From the NCBI GenBank assembly GCA_963555985.3, contig OY820591.1, positions 672,001 through 736,000 of the forward strand: a stretch of DNA of 64,000 nt, in the 5' to 3' direction. Positions within the stretch are counted from its first letter, which is position 1. The number at the start of each line of letters is the position of its first letter. The notes below the pieces were generated by a model. The model made no database searches. It was not told where the DNA came from and saw nothing but the letters and a program-made list of their open reading frames with translations. This DNA comes from Dehalococcoidia bacterium. Lineage in GTDB: Bacteria; Chloroflexota; Dehalococcoidia; Bin125. Made by a program: the position numbers and the translations under genes. This document shows positions 29,050 through 37,358 of this stretch, in pieces.

Positions 29050-29862
29050 GTGGACTACCGCCCCGAACTCCAGACCGCCCAGGAAGCCGCGCGCCGCGCC
29101 GGACAGATCCTCCTCCGCTACCGCGAGCGGGGCGCTCGCTACGGCTGGAAGCAGTCCAACCGCGACGGCTTCCTCAACTACGAGGTCGTCTCCGAGGCCG
29201 ATGTCGAGGTCGACGCCGCCCTGCGCGAGACCTTGCTGGGCGCGTTCCCGGAGGACGGCTGGCTCTCGGAGGAGCAGCACGACGATCCCCATGCTCCCGG
29301 CGGACGCCTCAAGCGCGAGCGCGTCTGGATCGTCGATCCGCTCGACGGTACGCGCGAGTTCCTCCAGGGCATTCCCGAATACGCCGTCTCGATTGCGCTG
29401 ACCGTGCGGGGCGAGCCGGTGCTGGGCGTCGTCTACAACCCCGCCGCCGACGAGATCTACGCCGCCGCGACCCCGAGCGCCGACGACCGCTTCGCGCTTG
29501 ACCCCGCCCAGACCTTGCGCGACAGTTTCATGCTCGCCGGACGGGGCGAGTGGCGCTTCGGCGACCTTCCGCCCGTACCCGACGGCACCAAACTGATGCC
29601 GGTCGGCTCGATCGCCTACCGCATGGCCCTGCTCGCGACCGGTACCGGCTGTCTGATCTTCACCGTCGGCCGCCGCCGCGAGTGGGACGTCGCCGCCGGC
29701 GCCGCCCTGCTCAGCGCAGCAGGCGCGACGGTGACGGACGTACACGGGCGTCCGCTGCGCTTCAATCAGCCCGAGACGGAAGTAGACGGCCTGATCGCGG
29801 CGCGGGCCCAGATCCACGCAGCGGCGCGCTCGATGTGGATGGGTTCGGGCTGGCGGATTTGA
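29050..29862 (+). CDS. Inositol monophosphatase / CysQ-family phosphatase
   Basis: LSEE, WIVDPLDGTREF, EWDVAAG; GTG start inferred. Confidence 0.88.
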   Translation: MDYRPELQTAQEAARRAGQILLRYRERGARYGWKQSNRDGFLNYEVVSEADVEVDAALRETLLGAFPEDGWLSEEQHDDPHAPGGRLKRERVWIVDPLDGTREFLQGIPEYAVSIALTVRGEPVLGVVYNPAADEIYAAATPSADDRFALDPAQTLRDSFMLAGRGEWRFGDLPPVPDGTKLMPVGSIAYRMALLATGTGCLIFTVGRRREWDVAAGAALLSAAGATVTDVHGRPLRFNQPETEVDGLIAARAQIHAAARSMWMGSGWRI

Positions 29863-29953
29863 GCGCTCCGTGATTGCCGCGCTCAGCGGCGTCGCGGGAA
29901 GAGCGGAGAATGAGGCGCGCCCGCGACTTATACTCGCTGCGAGGCGGGAACGC

Positions 29954-30367
29954 ATGATGACTGACTCTCACGCGCTGATTGACGCGATTGCCGAGCGAAT
30001 CGGTGAATCAGATCAGCGCCGCGCGGAGCAGTTCCTGGACGATCTGCGTCAGGAGGGCCGCCTGCCCGGTCGGCGCGGACGTTTGGCATATCGTCTGCGC
30101 CGCGCCCGGCGGACCCTGCGCGGCTGGTTCGGACCTGTGTTTGAGGCGGTCAAGATCCTGTTCACCGGTCGGCGTCCTGCTTCGTACTGGGTGGATTTGA
30201 TGGATCAGCTGACCGCCGACGGGTGGTCGGAGGAACGCGCGGGCCAAGAGGTCGCCTGGAAGATGCGTAGGGAGGGCACTGACCAGTTGCTCCGATGGGT
30301 CCTCTGGCTTGGAGTCATTTGCATCGTCTTGACCATCGTCATGTTGGTGCGCGTCATCATGGCCTAA
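29954..30367 (+). CDS. Hypothetical protein with a C-terminal TM helix
   Basis: TATACT upstream, GAGG RBS, C-terminal hydrophobic helix. Confidence 0.5.
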   Translation: MMTDSHALIDAIAERIGESDQRRAEQFLDDLRQEGRLPGRRGRLAYRLRRARRTLRGWFGPVFEAVKILFTGRRPASYWVDLMDQLTADGWSEERAGQEVAWKMRREGTDQLLRWVLWLGVICIVLTIVMLVRVIMA

Positions 30368-30392
30368 TTCCTTTCCGTCATTGCCGCACAGG

Positions 30393-30694
30393 GAGACGTT
30401 TGCTCAATCCTCGATCTGCGCGTTTCGTCATTCCCGCGAACGCGGGAATCCACGTCCCACTCGAGACGACGCATGGATTCCCGCCTGCGGAGACGTTTGC
30501 GAAATCCACCCCAGTACGTTGGGGCTTCGGAGGAGCGGATCGTGCAATGTGAGGTCGGTGGTACGACCAGATTAGGAGTGATTTCACACTTGGTTGCTTC
30601 GAGATTCCCGCCTGCGCGGGAATGACGGAAATGGGGATTCTGCACAGGCCTCCCCGCGCGGGAATGACGGAAATGGGGATTACGCGCAGGTCTC
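30393..30694. mobile_element. Outer MITE containing a nested MITE
   Basis: Ends GAGACGTTTGCTCAA and TTACGCGCAGGTCTC; contains palindrome CGTCATTCCCGCGAACGCGGGAATC and a split palindrome. Confidence 0.65.
30490..30652. mobile_element. MITE copy 2 (~163 bp) nested in a palindrome spacer
   Basis: Ends GAGACGTTTGCGAAA and TTCTGCACAGGCCTC; flanked by CCTGCG / CCCGCG (apparent 6-bp target duplication); homologous to 5469-5632. Confidence 0.78.
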
Positions 30695-30707
30695 TATACT
30701 GACCCGC

Positions 30708-31052
30708 ATGACCACCGAGACCGCACCCGACCCCACGATCGCAGCCTGGTCCGACCGACTCGAGGAGGACCTGCTCGACGCCGGCATGGACAAACCTCAG
30801 GCACGCGCCTACCGACTCGCCTTCGAACTCGGACTCACCCGCGTGATCTCCCAGACCGCAACCCGGCAGGAGCTCCAAGACGGCCTCACCGCGTTGCGCC
30901 GGGAACTCAACGATCTACGCCAGGAATTCAAGGCTGATCTCGCCGACCTCCGCGCCGACCTTCGCCGTGAGTTGGACATCCGCTTCGCCCTGCTGATCGC
31001 CATGCAGGCCGGCCTCTTCGCGGTCCTCGGCGTCATCCTTTCCAAAATCTGA
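30708..31052 (+). CDS. Coiled-coil membrane-anchored protein (DUF1640/CCDC90-like)
   Basis: LLDAGMDKPQA, ATRQEL, heptad repeats, C-terminal TM; leaderless TATACT-N7-ATG. Confidence 0.65.
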   Translation: MTTETAPDPTIAAWSDRLEEDLLDAGMDKPQARAYRLAFELGLTRVISQTATRQELQDGLTALRRELNDLRQEFKADLADLRADLRRELDIRFALLIAMQAGLFAVLGVILSKI

Positions 31053-31057
31053 CCTCA

Positions 31058-31109
31058 TATACTCACCCGCATGACGACTGAGGCCGCCCTGATCGCGCTC
31101 GTCGCCTAG
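31058..31109 (+). pseudogene. Internally deleted tandem relic of the 30708 gene (MTTEAALIALVA)
   Basis: TATACTCACCCGCATGACGACTGAGGCCGC vs TATACTGACCCGCATGACCACCGAGACCGC. Confidence 0.5.
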
Positions 31110-31126
31110 ACACACACCCACTCAAC

Positions 31127-31199
31127 GTAACCCCAATGTAATTCCCATTAACGCTGACCCGCTTCCCGCGTTGACCGCTCTCGCCGCAGACGCCAAGAT
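31127..31199 (+). promoter_or_regulatory. Probable promoter of the surface-protein cluster
   Basis: GTAAC/GTAAT/TTAAC at 11 and 10 bp spacing, then TTGACC-N17-CAAGAT; ~140-nt leader to a strong RBS. Confidence 0.4.
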
Positions 31200-31346
31200 G
31201 CACCTATCAGTGTCGACAGCCGCGCCCTCAGTGCGCGCGGCCCCAGCGAAGGAGTGAGGCCCGCGAACCTCCGCTCGAATTTCGAGAAGGCCGCGCCCAA
31301 GTGGGAAACAGGATCCCGCAGGGCGCGACACAGGAAGGAAACAGAG

Positions 31347-33449
31347 ATGACGCAAGCGCTCACGCGCAAGCGCATGCACCTGGTGGCGTTGGCGGCCCTG
31401 CTCGCCCTCGTCGCCGCCATGTTCGTCTCGCTGCAGTCCGCCAGCGCAGCCGCGTTGGGCAGCTGTGTAGGCAACCCGGACATCTCGGTCGGCATCGGCG
31501 ACAACTGCAACATCAAGGTTGACGGTGCCACATCTAACACGGACTCTGACTCGAGCAGTGACTCCATCGCCACTGTCGCCCGGGCGCAAGACAGCCAAAA
31601 CAATGATCTTCCGGACACATTCCGCGTCAACGGTGTAGCCGCTGGCGAAGCGAAGATCTACATCGGCGACTTGGGCAATGACGACCAACTTGGTGGCACC
31701 GGCGACGCTGCTGACGGTGTCTACTCCACGTTCAACGTCACGGTTGTCGGCTTCGCGATCACCAAGCTCGAGGTCGTCGACGACGCGGACAACACCGTTA
31801 AGGCCGGTCCGCAGATCACCGTGAAGGCGACCGTTCGCGCCGCCACCTCGAATGCGGTGGTGAACCTCACCGTGCCGACCACCGGTCTGTCGATCCAGAA
31901 CAACAACACCACTACCAACGGGCTGACCTCGGCGGCGCTCGCTGGCGCTACAGCCACGAAGACCACCACGTTCACGGTGAATACGGCCGGCGCCCCGGCG
32001 GGCGACTACCTGCTGACCTTCGTTGCTGACAACGACGGCAACCTCACCACCAAGGACGGAACGACCGAGGCGCGCAAGCAGGCGAGCGATACGCTCACCG
32101 TCACGATCGGCGACCCGGGCATGGGCATTGCCAGCGCTACGATCTCGCTCGGCAACGCCACGAACGACAATCCGTCCACGCCTGACGACGAGACTGCTCC
32201 CGAAACCGGGACGGAGGCGGCCAACGGCGGCGACATCAACCTCGTGATCGAAGTCTTCAACTCGCTGGGTGGCAAGTCCAACTCATCCGCGGTCAACCAG
32301 ATCATCGTGATCGCGCCGGGCGGGACGATTGCGAGCACGCATTTGACCGGCGACGGCACGAACACCGCCAGCGGCGACAACAGCGCAACGCTGTCCGAAG
32401 TCGACGCGAACACGGAGGGCGATGTTGAACCTGGCGATGTCGGACAGCGGACCGTGATCACGATCACCAAGACCGACAAGAAGCCGGGCACGGTGACCGC
32501 CTACGCGATCGTCAGCGGCTCTGGTGGCGCAGAGCGAACCAGCAACATCGATCTGACCTTCACCGGCTCGGCCGGCGCGCTCCAGGTCGACAACGCGACC
32601 GATTCGCTGATGGCTCACGCCGACGACAGCGTCACGCTTGAGGTGAGGACGCAAGACGCCAGCGGCAACGCGGCCGCCGTGCCGACTGCCGGCGTCTCAG
32701 TCAAGATCACCGATCCGGATGGTAAGCGGGTCAACTCGCCCGCGATCAGCTGGACCCAGCCAACCGCAGGCGCGGACAGGAAGCACCGCATCACGTTGAC
32801 CGGCACTGGCTCGGCGACCGCGCCGCTCGTGACCGGTACTTACACCGCCGCCGTCACGAGCGGTAGTCTTTCGGACTCGGCGAGCTTCGTCGTGGCCGGT
32901 CCCGCCGCCAGCATCGTCCTTGCGGTCGATAACAACGCCCCCGGCGACGACGACGCCTTCGTGACCGCCACGGCCACCGTGACGGACGCGGGCGGCAACA
33001 CCGTGTCCGACGACACCACGGTCAACTTCAGCGCCAGCGGCAACAACGCGGTGCTTGACCTCGTTGAGATCACTAGTGGTCACAAGACCAAGGGCGGCGT
33101 CTCTGAAGCCTCGTTCGTGGTGATCGGCCCAGGACGCTCCGTGGTCGCGGCTGTTTCCTCCAGCGGCAAGGCCGCCGTGACGGTCAACAGCACCGCCGGC
33201 GCCCCGGCCCCGGCCGAGCCCGCACCTGCTCCGGCTGAGCCGACTGGCGTGGACTGCCTGAGCAACCTGAGCGGCTTCTCGACCTGGACCTGCGAGGGCA
33301 GCACGTCCGCGATGGCGCTGTTCAACGAGATTGGCGTCGCTTCGGCGGTGTCGGTCTGGAACGGCAGCGGCTGGGACAGCTACACCGGCGGCTTCGGCTC
33401 CGTCAACGCCCCGGTCACGCAGTACGCCACGCTGTACATCACGCGTTAG
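31347..33449 (+). CDS. Secreted S-layer-like protein with Ig-like domains and a Trp-rich C-terminal domain
   Basis: Signal peptide, Thr/Gly/Asp/Asn-rich beta composition, VAGPAASI..VTATATVTDAGGN Big-like module, PAPAEP linker. Confidence 0.7.
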   Translation: MTQALTRKRMHLVALAALLALVAAMFVSLQSASAAALGSCVGNPDISVGIGDNCNIKVDGATSNTDSDSSSDSIATVARAQDSQNNDLPDTFRVNGVAAGEAKIYIGDLGNDDQLGGTGDAADGVYSTFNVTVVGFAITKLEVVDDADNTVKAGPQITVKATVRAATSNAVVNLTVPTTGLSIQNNNTTTNGLTSAALAGATATKTTTFTVNTAGAPAGDYLLTFVADNDGNLTTKDGTTEARKQASDTLTVTIGDPGMGIASATISLGNATNDNPSTPDDETAPETGTEAANGGDINLVIEVFNSLGGKSNSSAVNQIIVIAPGGTIASTHLTGDGTNTASGDNSATLSEVDANTEGDVEPGDVGQRTVITITKTDKKPGTVTAYAIVSGSGGAERTSNIDLTFTGSAGALQVDNATDSLMAHADDSVTLEVRTQDASGNAAAVPTAGVSVKITDPDGKRVNSPAISWTQPTAGADRKHRITLTGTGSATAPLVTGTYTAAVTSGSLSDSASFVVAGPAASIVLAVDNNAPGDDDAFVTATATVTDAGGNTVSDDTTVNFSASGNNAVLDLVEITSGHKTKGGVSEASFVVIGPGRSVVAAVSSSGKAAVTVNSTAGAPAPAEPAPAPAEPTGVDCLSNLSGFSTWTCEGSTSAMALFNEIGVASAVSVWNGSGWDSYTGGFGSVNAPVTQYATLYITR

Positions 33450-33475
33450 GAGAGGATTCATGGATCAGAGAGGCG

Positions 33476-33497
33476 GGCGCCCGGCAACGGGCGCCCG
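33476..33497 (+). other. Intergenic GC hairpin (mRNA stabiliser or attenuator)
   Basis: GGGCGCCCG-GCAA-CGGGCGCCC, no U tract. Confidence 0.5.
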
Positions 33498-33529
33498 GCT
33501 GAAGACGAGCGACCAGAAAGGACGCTGAA

Positions 33530-36370
33530 ATGGGACGATTCAATCTCCTGCCGCGGTTGGCGGCCGTCGCCCTGGCGACGGTACTGGCTGTGGTGGTGGG
33601 GGCGACGGCGCTCTCACAGCAGGCCCCCGGTTTCGTCGACGTGACCGTCGACGGGGCGATGGCGGGCGACACGATTGCGGTGCCGGGCATGGGCACGTTC
33701 GGCACGGCCGACGCCGATGGCAGCGTGACCGTGACCGTGCCTGAGGCTACGGCCGACAGCCTCAAGGCGATGGCCAACCCGTTCACCGTGAATGGCGAAA
33801 CCGCCGACGGTTCGTGGGACGGCAACACCTACAGCATCGCGCAAGAGGCCGAGGAACCGGCGGAAGAGCCGGCCGAAGAGCCGGCCCCAAGCGGCGCGAT
33901 GACCGACCCCAACCCGCCTGCGGTGAGCGTCGGTCTGAGCCTCAGCTTCCCGCACGACGCGGACGCGACCATCCCCTCGGGCACCAGCACCAAGTTGCAG
34001 CTCGCGCTGAGCGCCAGCTCCTCGCTGAGCAACGCCAGCTACAGCTTCACCTACGACAACGACGCGCTGGGCAACCTCAGCGTGACCACCGGCTTCCTGC
34101 TGCAGGTCGGCGGCGACACCGCTGACAGCGCCGCCCCGGCGCTGGTTCCTGGTCCGTCGGCCGGCGTGATCAGCGTGGACGGCCTGCACGTCGTCGTGCC
34201 CGCCGGCACTGCCGACGGCGCCGTCGCCAACATCGCCGCTGCGGTTGAGGTCGGCGTGACGGTCAACTACACCGACGCCAGCGGTCAAGAGTGGACGTTC
34301 ACTCAGGCCGCCGCCACCGTCACCGGCAGCGCGGCCCTCACGGTCGGCACGGTGCTTCCGGACGCCAATTCGATTGGCTTCGGCTTCAGCGCTGGCATGT
34401 CGGACCACATCCTGCAGATGGCTGGCTCGACCGGCTTCACGCTGAACATCCACAACGCCAACGGTCACCCGTCGCAGATCTCCTCGATCAGCTCGATCAT
34501 TGTCAGCACCGACAACGGTGTGGTCAGCTACACCGGCACGGCCCACGACGACATCATGGGCGGCGTCGACACCGACTGCGGTGGCAACAGCCCGACCTGT
34601 GAGTTGGAACCGGTCAAGGGTTCGCCCTGGCCGCTCAAGGACGGTCAGCTGACCTTCGGCCTGACCGGCGCGACGATGGGCACGTCCAACGTGACGGTCG
34701 CCGTGATCACGCGAGCCGGCGCGGCGATGAATGGTTCGGCATCGGTGGTCGTCTACGGCCCGGCATCCACGCTCATGGTCCAGTTGAACGACCGTGAAGG
34801 CAACCTCCACTACCGCCCGACCGCGGGCGACGACCGCGACATGATCGCATTCACCGTCCGGGCGCATGACGCCAACGGCGTTGCGGTAGGCGTGCCGGCG
34901 CTGTCCGGCAGCGGCACGGGACTGTCCGTGAGCGCTGACAACAGCAGGGCGCTCAACCAGTTGACGCGCTCGCCAATGAGCCGCGGCATCACCGTGATGA
35001 CCGCTGGGATGTTGACCCCGGGCGACGCCTTGGTGAACGTCAGAGGCGGCGCGGCCAGCGGCAGCGGCAGCTTCATTGTTGCCGGTCCGGCGGCCACGAT
35101 TGACGTGTCTGTGGACAACGAGAACCCGACGAAGCTGAGCGACATCGTGCGCGCTGGGGCCAACGTGACCGACGCCAACGGCAATGCCGTGGCCAAGGGC
35201 ACGGTGCTCGAGATTCGCGCGCCCGACCTCGACGGCGACGGCGACAACATCTTGGCGCGTGCGCTGAACCAGCTTCAGCACACGGACCACATGGGCGACT
35301 CGACCGAGCAGGCGTTCGTGACGATCGGCGCCGGCGATGCGGTCGTGACCGCGTGGATCATTGACGCACACGGCGACGCGAACGGCGTCGTGGGCACCAA
35401 GGTTGTCAACAGCACAGCTCTGAGCACCGCCGAGGAAGCTGCAGCGGCGAAGGCCGCGGCTGAGGCTGCGCAGGCTGCAGCTGACGCTGAAGCAGCGGCG
35501 CAGGCCGAGGCTGAAGCAGCGGCGCGGGCCGAGGCTGAAGCAGCGGCAGCAGCGCAGGCCGAGGCTGAAGCAGCGGCGCAGGCCGAGGCCGAGGCTGAAG
35601 CAGCGGCGCAGGCCGAGGCTGAGGCCAAGGCAGCCGAAGAGGCTGAGGCCGCCCGGATCGCCGCCTTCGTGGAGGCGGTCAAGGCCGCGCTCGAGGCTGA
35701 CGCAGCGGCGGAAGCCGCCGCCGAGGCAGCAGCCGCTCAGGCTGCCGAGGAAGCTCGCGCCGCCGAGGAAGCCGCCGCAGCGGCCGAGGCTGAGGCCGAG
35801 GCCCAGCGCCAGGCCGAATTCGACGCAGCGGTCGAGGCCGAAATCGAGCGCCGCGCTCAGGCAGCCGCCGAGGCCGAGCGCCAGGTCGCTGAGGCAGCCG
35901 CCGCCGCTGAAGCCGAAGCTGCCGCGAAGGCCGCTGAGGCAGCCGCCGCCGAGGCCGCCGAGGCCGCCCGCGTGGCGGAAATCGAGGCAGCCGTCCAGGC
36001 CGCGCTCGACGCCGAGGCCGCCGCTGAGGAAGCTGTGCGCCAGGCCGCTGAAGAGGCAGCAGCCGCCGCCGCCGCCGAAGCTGCCGCCGCGGCCGCTGAA
36101 GCCGCCGCCGCCGCCGCGGCCGCCGCTGAAGCCGCCGCCGCTGAAGTCGCCGCCGAAACCGCGCGACTGTCCGGCGTGAGCGGCTTCGCCAGCTGGCTCT
36201 CCAGCACCCCGACCAGCGCCAGCGCGCTCTTCGCCGAGCTCGACCCCGCTGCCATCCACCTCTGGAACGGCTCCACCTGGGTCCGCTACTCGGTCGTGGA
36301 CGGGGCGATGGTACCCGGCTCGGTCGACTTCGAGATCATGCGCGGCGACGTGCTCTACATCGGCAGCTAA
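33530..36370 (+). CDS. Secreted S-layer-like protein with an Ala/Glu helical stalk and the Trp-rich C-terminal domain
   Basis: Signal peptide, Ig-like modules paralogous to 31347, ~240-aa (A/E)n tract, C-terminal GFASW..WNG..W..PGSVDF..GDVLYI. Confidence 0.72.
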   Translation: MGRFNLLPRLAAVALATVLAVVVGATALSQQAPGFVDVTVDGAMAGDTIAVPGMGTFGTADADGSVTVTVPEATADSLKAMANPFTVNGETADGSWDGNTYSIAQEAEEPAEEPAEEPAPSGAMTDPNPPAVSVGLSLSFPHDADATIPSGTSTKLQLALSASSSLSNASYSFTYDNDALGNLSVTTGFLLQVGGDTADSAAPALVPGPSAGVISVDGLHVVVPAGTADGAVANIAAAVEVGVTVNYTDASGQEWTFTQAAATVTGSAALTVGTVLPDANSIGFGFSAGMSDHILQMAGSTGFTLNIHNANGHPSQISSISSIIVSTDNGVVSYTGTAHDDIMGGVDTDCGGNSPTCELEPVKGSPWPLKDGQLTFGLTGATMGTSNVTVAVITRAGAAMNGSASVVVYGPASTLMVQLNDREGNLHYRPTAGDDRDMIAFTVRAHDANGVAVGVPALSGSGTGLSVSADNSRALNQLTRSPMSRGITVMTAGMLTPGDALVNVRGGAASGSGSFIVAGPAATIDVSVDNENPTKLSDIVRAGANVTDANGNAVAKGTVLEIRAPDLDGDGDNILARALNQLQHTDHMGDSTEQAFVTIGAGDAVVTAWIIDAHGDANGVVGTKVVNSTALSTAEEAAAAKAAAEAAQAAADAEAAAQAEAEAAARAEAEAAAAAQAEAEAAAQAEAEAEAAAQAEAEAKAAEEAEAARIAAFVEAVKAALEADAAAEAAAEAAAAQAAEEARAAEEAAAAAEAEAEAQRQAEFDAAVEAEIERRAQAAAEAERQVAEAAAAAEAEAAAKAAEAAAAEAAEAARVAEIEAAVQAALDAEAAAEEAVRQAAEEAAAAAAAEAAAAAAEAAAAAAAAAEAAAAEVAAETARLSGVSGFASWLSSTPTSASALFAELDPAAIHLWNGSTWVRYSVVDGAMVPGSVDFEIMRGDVLYIGS
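35431..36160 (+). repeat. Low-complexity coding repeat (GCGCAGGCCGAGGCTGAAGCAGCG-like units)
   Basis: Repeated AQAEAEAA units read directly. Confidence 0.85.
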
Positions 36371-36463
36371 GCGAAAGGTTCATCGTCCCGGGGCGTCCGC
36401 TGGGCGCTCCGGGGCGGGTTCCCCCGCTCGGCTACGAAGTAGTAGCGGAGTAAGGAGAGAGAA

Positions 36464-37168
36464 ATGGCACGCAGCACACTCACTCGCCTGCTCGCCGTCG
36501 CCGCGGCCCTGGTCGCACTCACTGCGCTGACCGCGTCCGCGCTGGCGCAGCCCGGCCCCCAGCACCGCTTCTACGGCAGCGGCGTGATGGTGGACGGCGA
36601 AGCGGCTCCGGCCGGGACGATGATTTCGGCCTGGGTCGACGGCGCGGTCGTTGGTTCGACCACGACCGACGCCGACGGCGTCTGGTACATCGACGTCGAC
36701 GGCGGTCAGAGCGTCGTCTTCTCAGTCGGCGAACTGGTCGCGGAGGGCAGCTACGACAGCATCACGGGCGGCCAGACCAACGTCAGCCTCTCGGTGATGA
36801 CGCCGCCGCCTCCTGAGCCGGAGCCGGACCCCTGTCCTGAGGACGGGATGATGGAAGACGGCATGATGGAGGACGACGACGCCATGATGTCGGAAGATGA
36901 CGACGCCATGATGTCGGAAGACGGCGACTCCATGATGGACGGCGACGCCATGCTCGACTGCCCCGAACCGGGCGACGAGATGGACGGCATGGAAGAGGAC
37001 GACATGGACGAGCAGCCGCTGGAGCCTCAGTATCCAGCCGGCGGCAGCGGCGGACTGGCCACTGAGGGTGGCCTCTCCACCGGCCTGATCGGCCTCCTGG
37101 CCGCTCTGGCTCTGGTCGCAGTGAGCGGAGCCGGCTTCGCCGCGCGCCGCTTGCGCCACCGCGCCTAA
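36464..37168 (+). CDS. Secreted RFYG-domain protein with a Met/Asp-rich loop and sortase-like tail
   Basis: Signal peptide, QPGPQHRFYG..DGEAAP.GT, YPAGGSGGL + TM + RRLRHR. Confidence 0.7.
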   Translation: MARSTLTRLLAVAAALVALTALTASALAQPGPQHRFYGSGVMVDGEAAPAGTMISAWVDGAVVGSTTTDADGVWYIDVDGGQSVVFSVGELVAEGSYDSITGGQTNVSLSVMTPPPPEPEPDPCPEDGMMEDGMMEDDDAMMSEDDDAMMSEDGDSMMDGDAMLDCPEPGDEMDGMEEDDMDEQPLEPQYPAGGSGGLATEGGLSTGLIGLLAALALVAVSGAGFAARRLRHRA

Positions 37169-37199
37169 CGCGTCCAAGTCTCCCTGCAAGGGAGTCCCA

Positions 37200-37235
37200 G
37201 CGAGGGCGGGGCCGCAAGGTCCCGCCCTCGTTGCG
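37200..37235 (+). terminator. Probable terminator hairpin after the surface-protein cluster
   Basis: GCGAGGGCGGGGCC-GCAA-GGTCCCGCCCTCGT; weak U tract. Confidence 0.5.
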
Positions 37236-37248
37236 TCTGCGCAGAATG

Positions 37249-37270
37249 CTCCCCCCCTTGCGGGGGGAGA
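37249..37270. repeat. CTCCCCC..GGGGGAG palindromic repeat
   Basis: Same family as 6027, 39032, 52827, 52994 and 59140. Confidence 0.55.
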
Positions 37271-37358
37271 AGGGCAGAGAGACGAAGCCAACGGCGCACA
37301 AGCCAACGATCGGCTAGCCTGAAATTCCTCACCCCCACACCTAGAGGAGCACATCCCA

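Noticed and set aside
30364-30878. Short ORFs across the repeat clusters (e.g. RHSRAGGNL / VIPAQAGI peptides)
   Set aside because: Translations of the palindromic repeats, not genes.
33614-36259. 881-aa Gly/Leu-rich minus-strand ORF
   Set aside because: Mirror of the Ala/Glu-rich surface protein on the plus strand.
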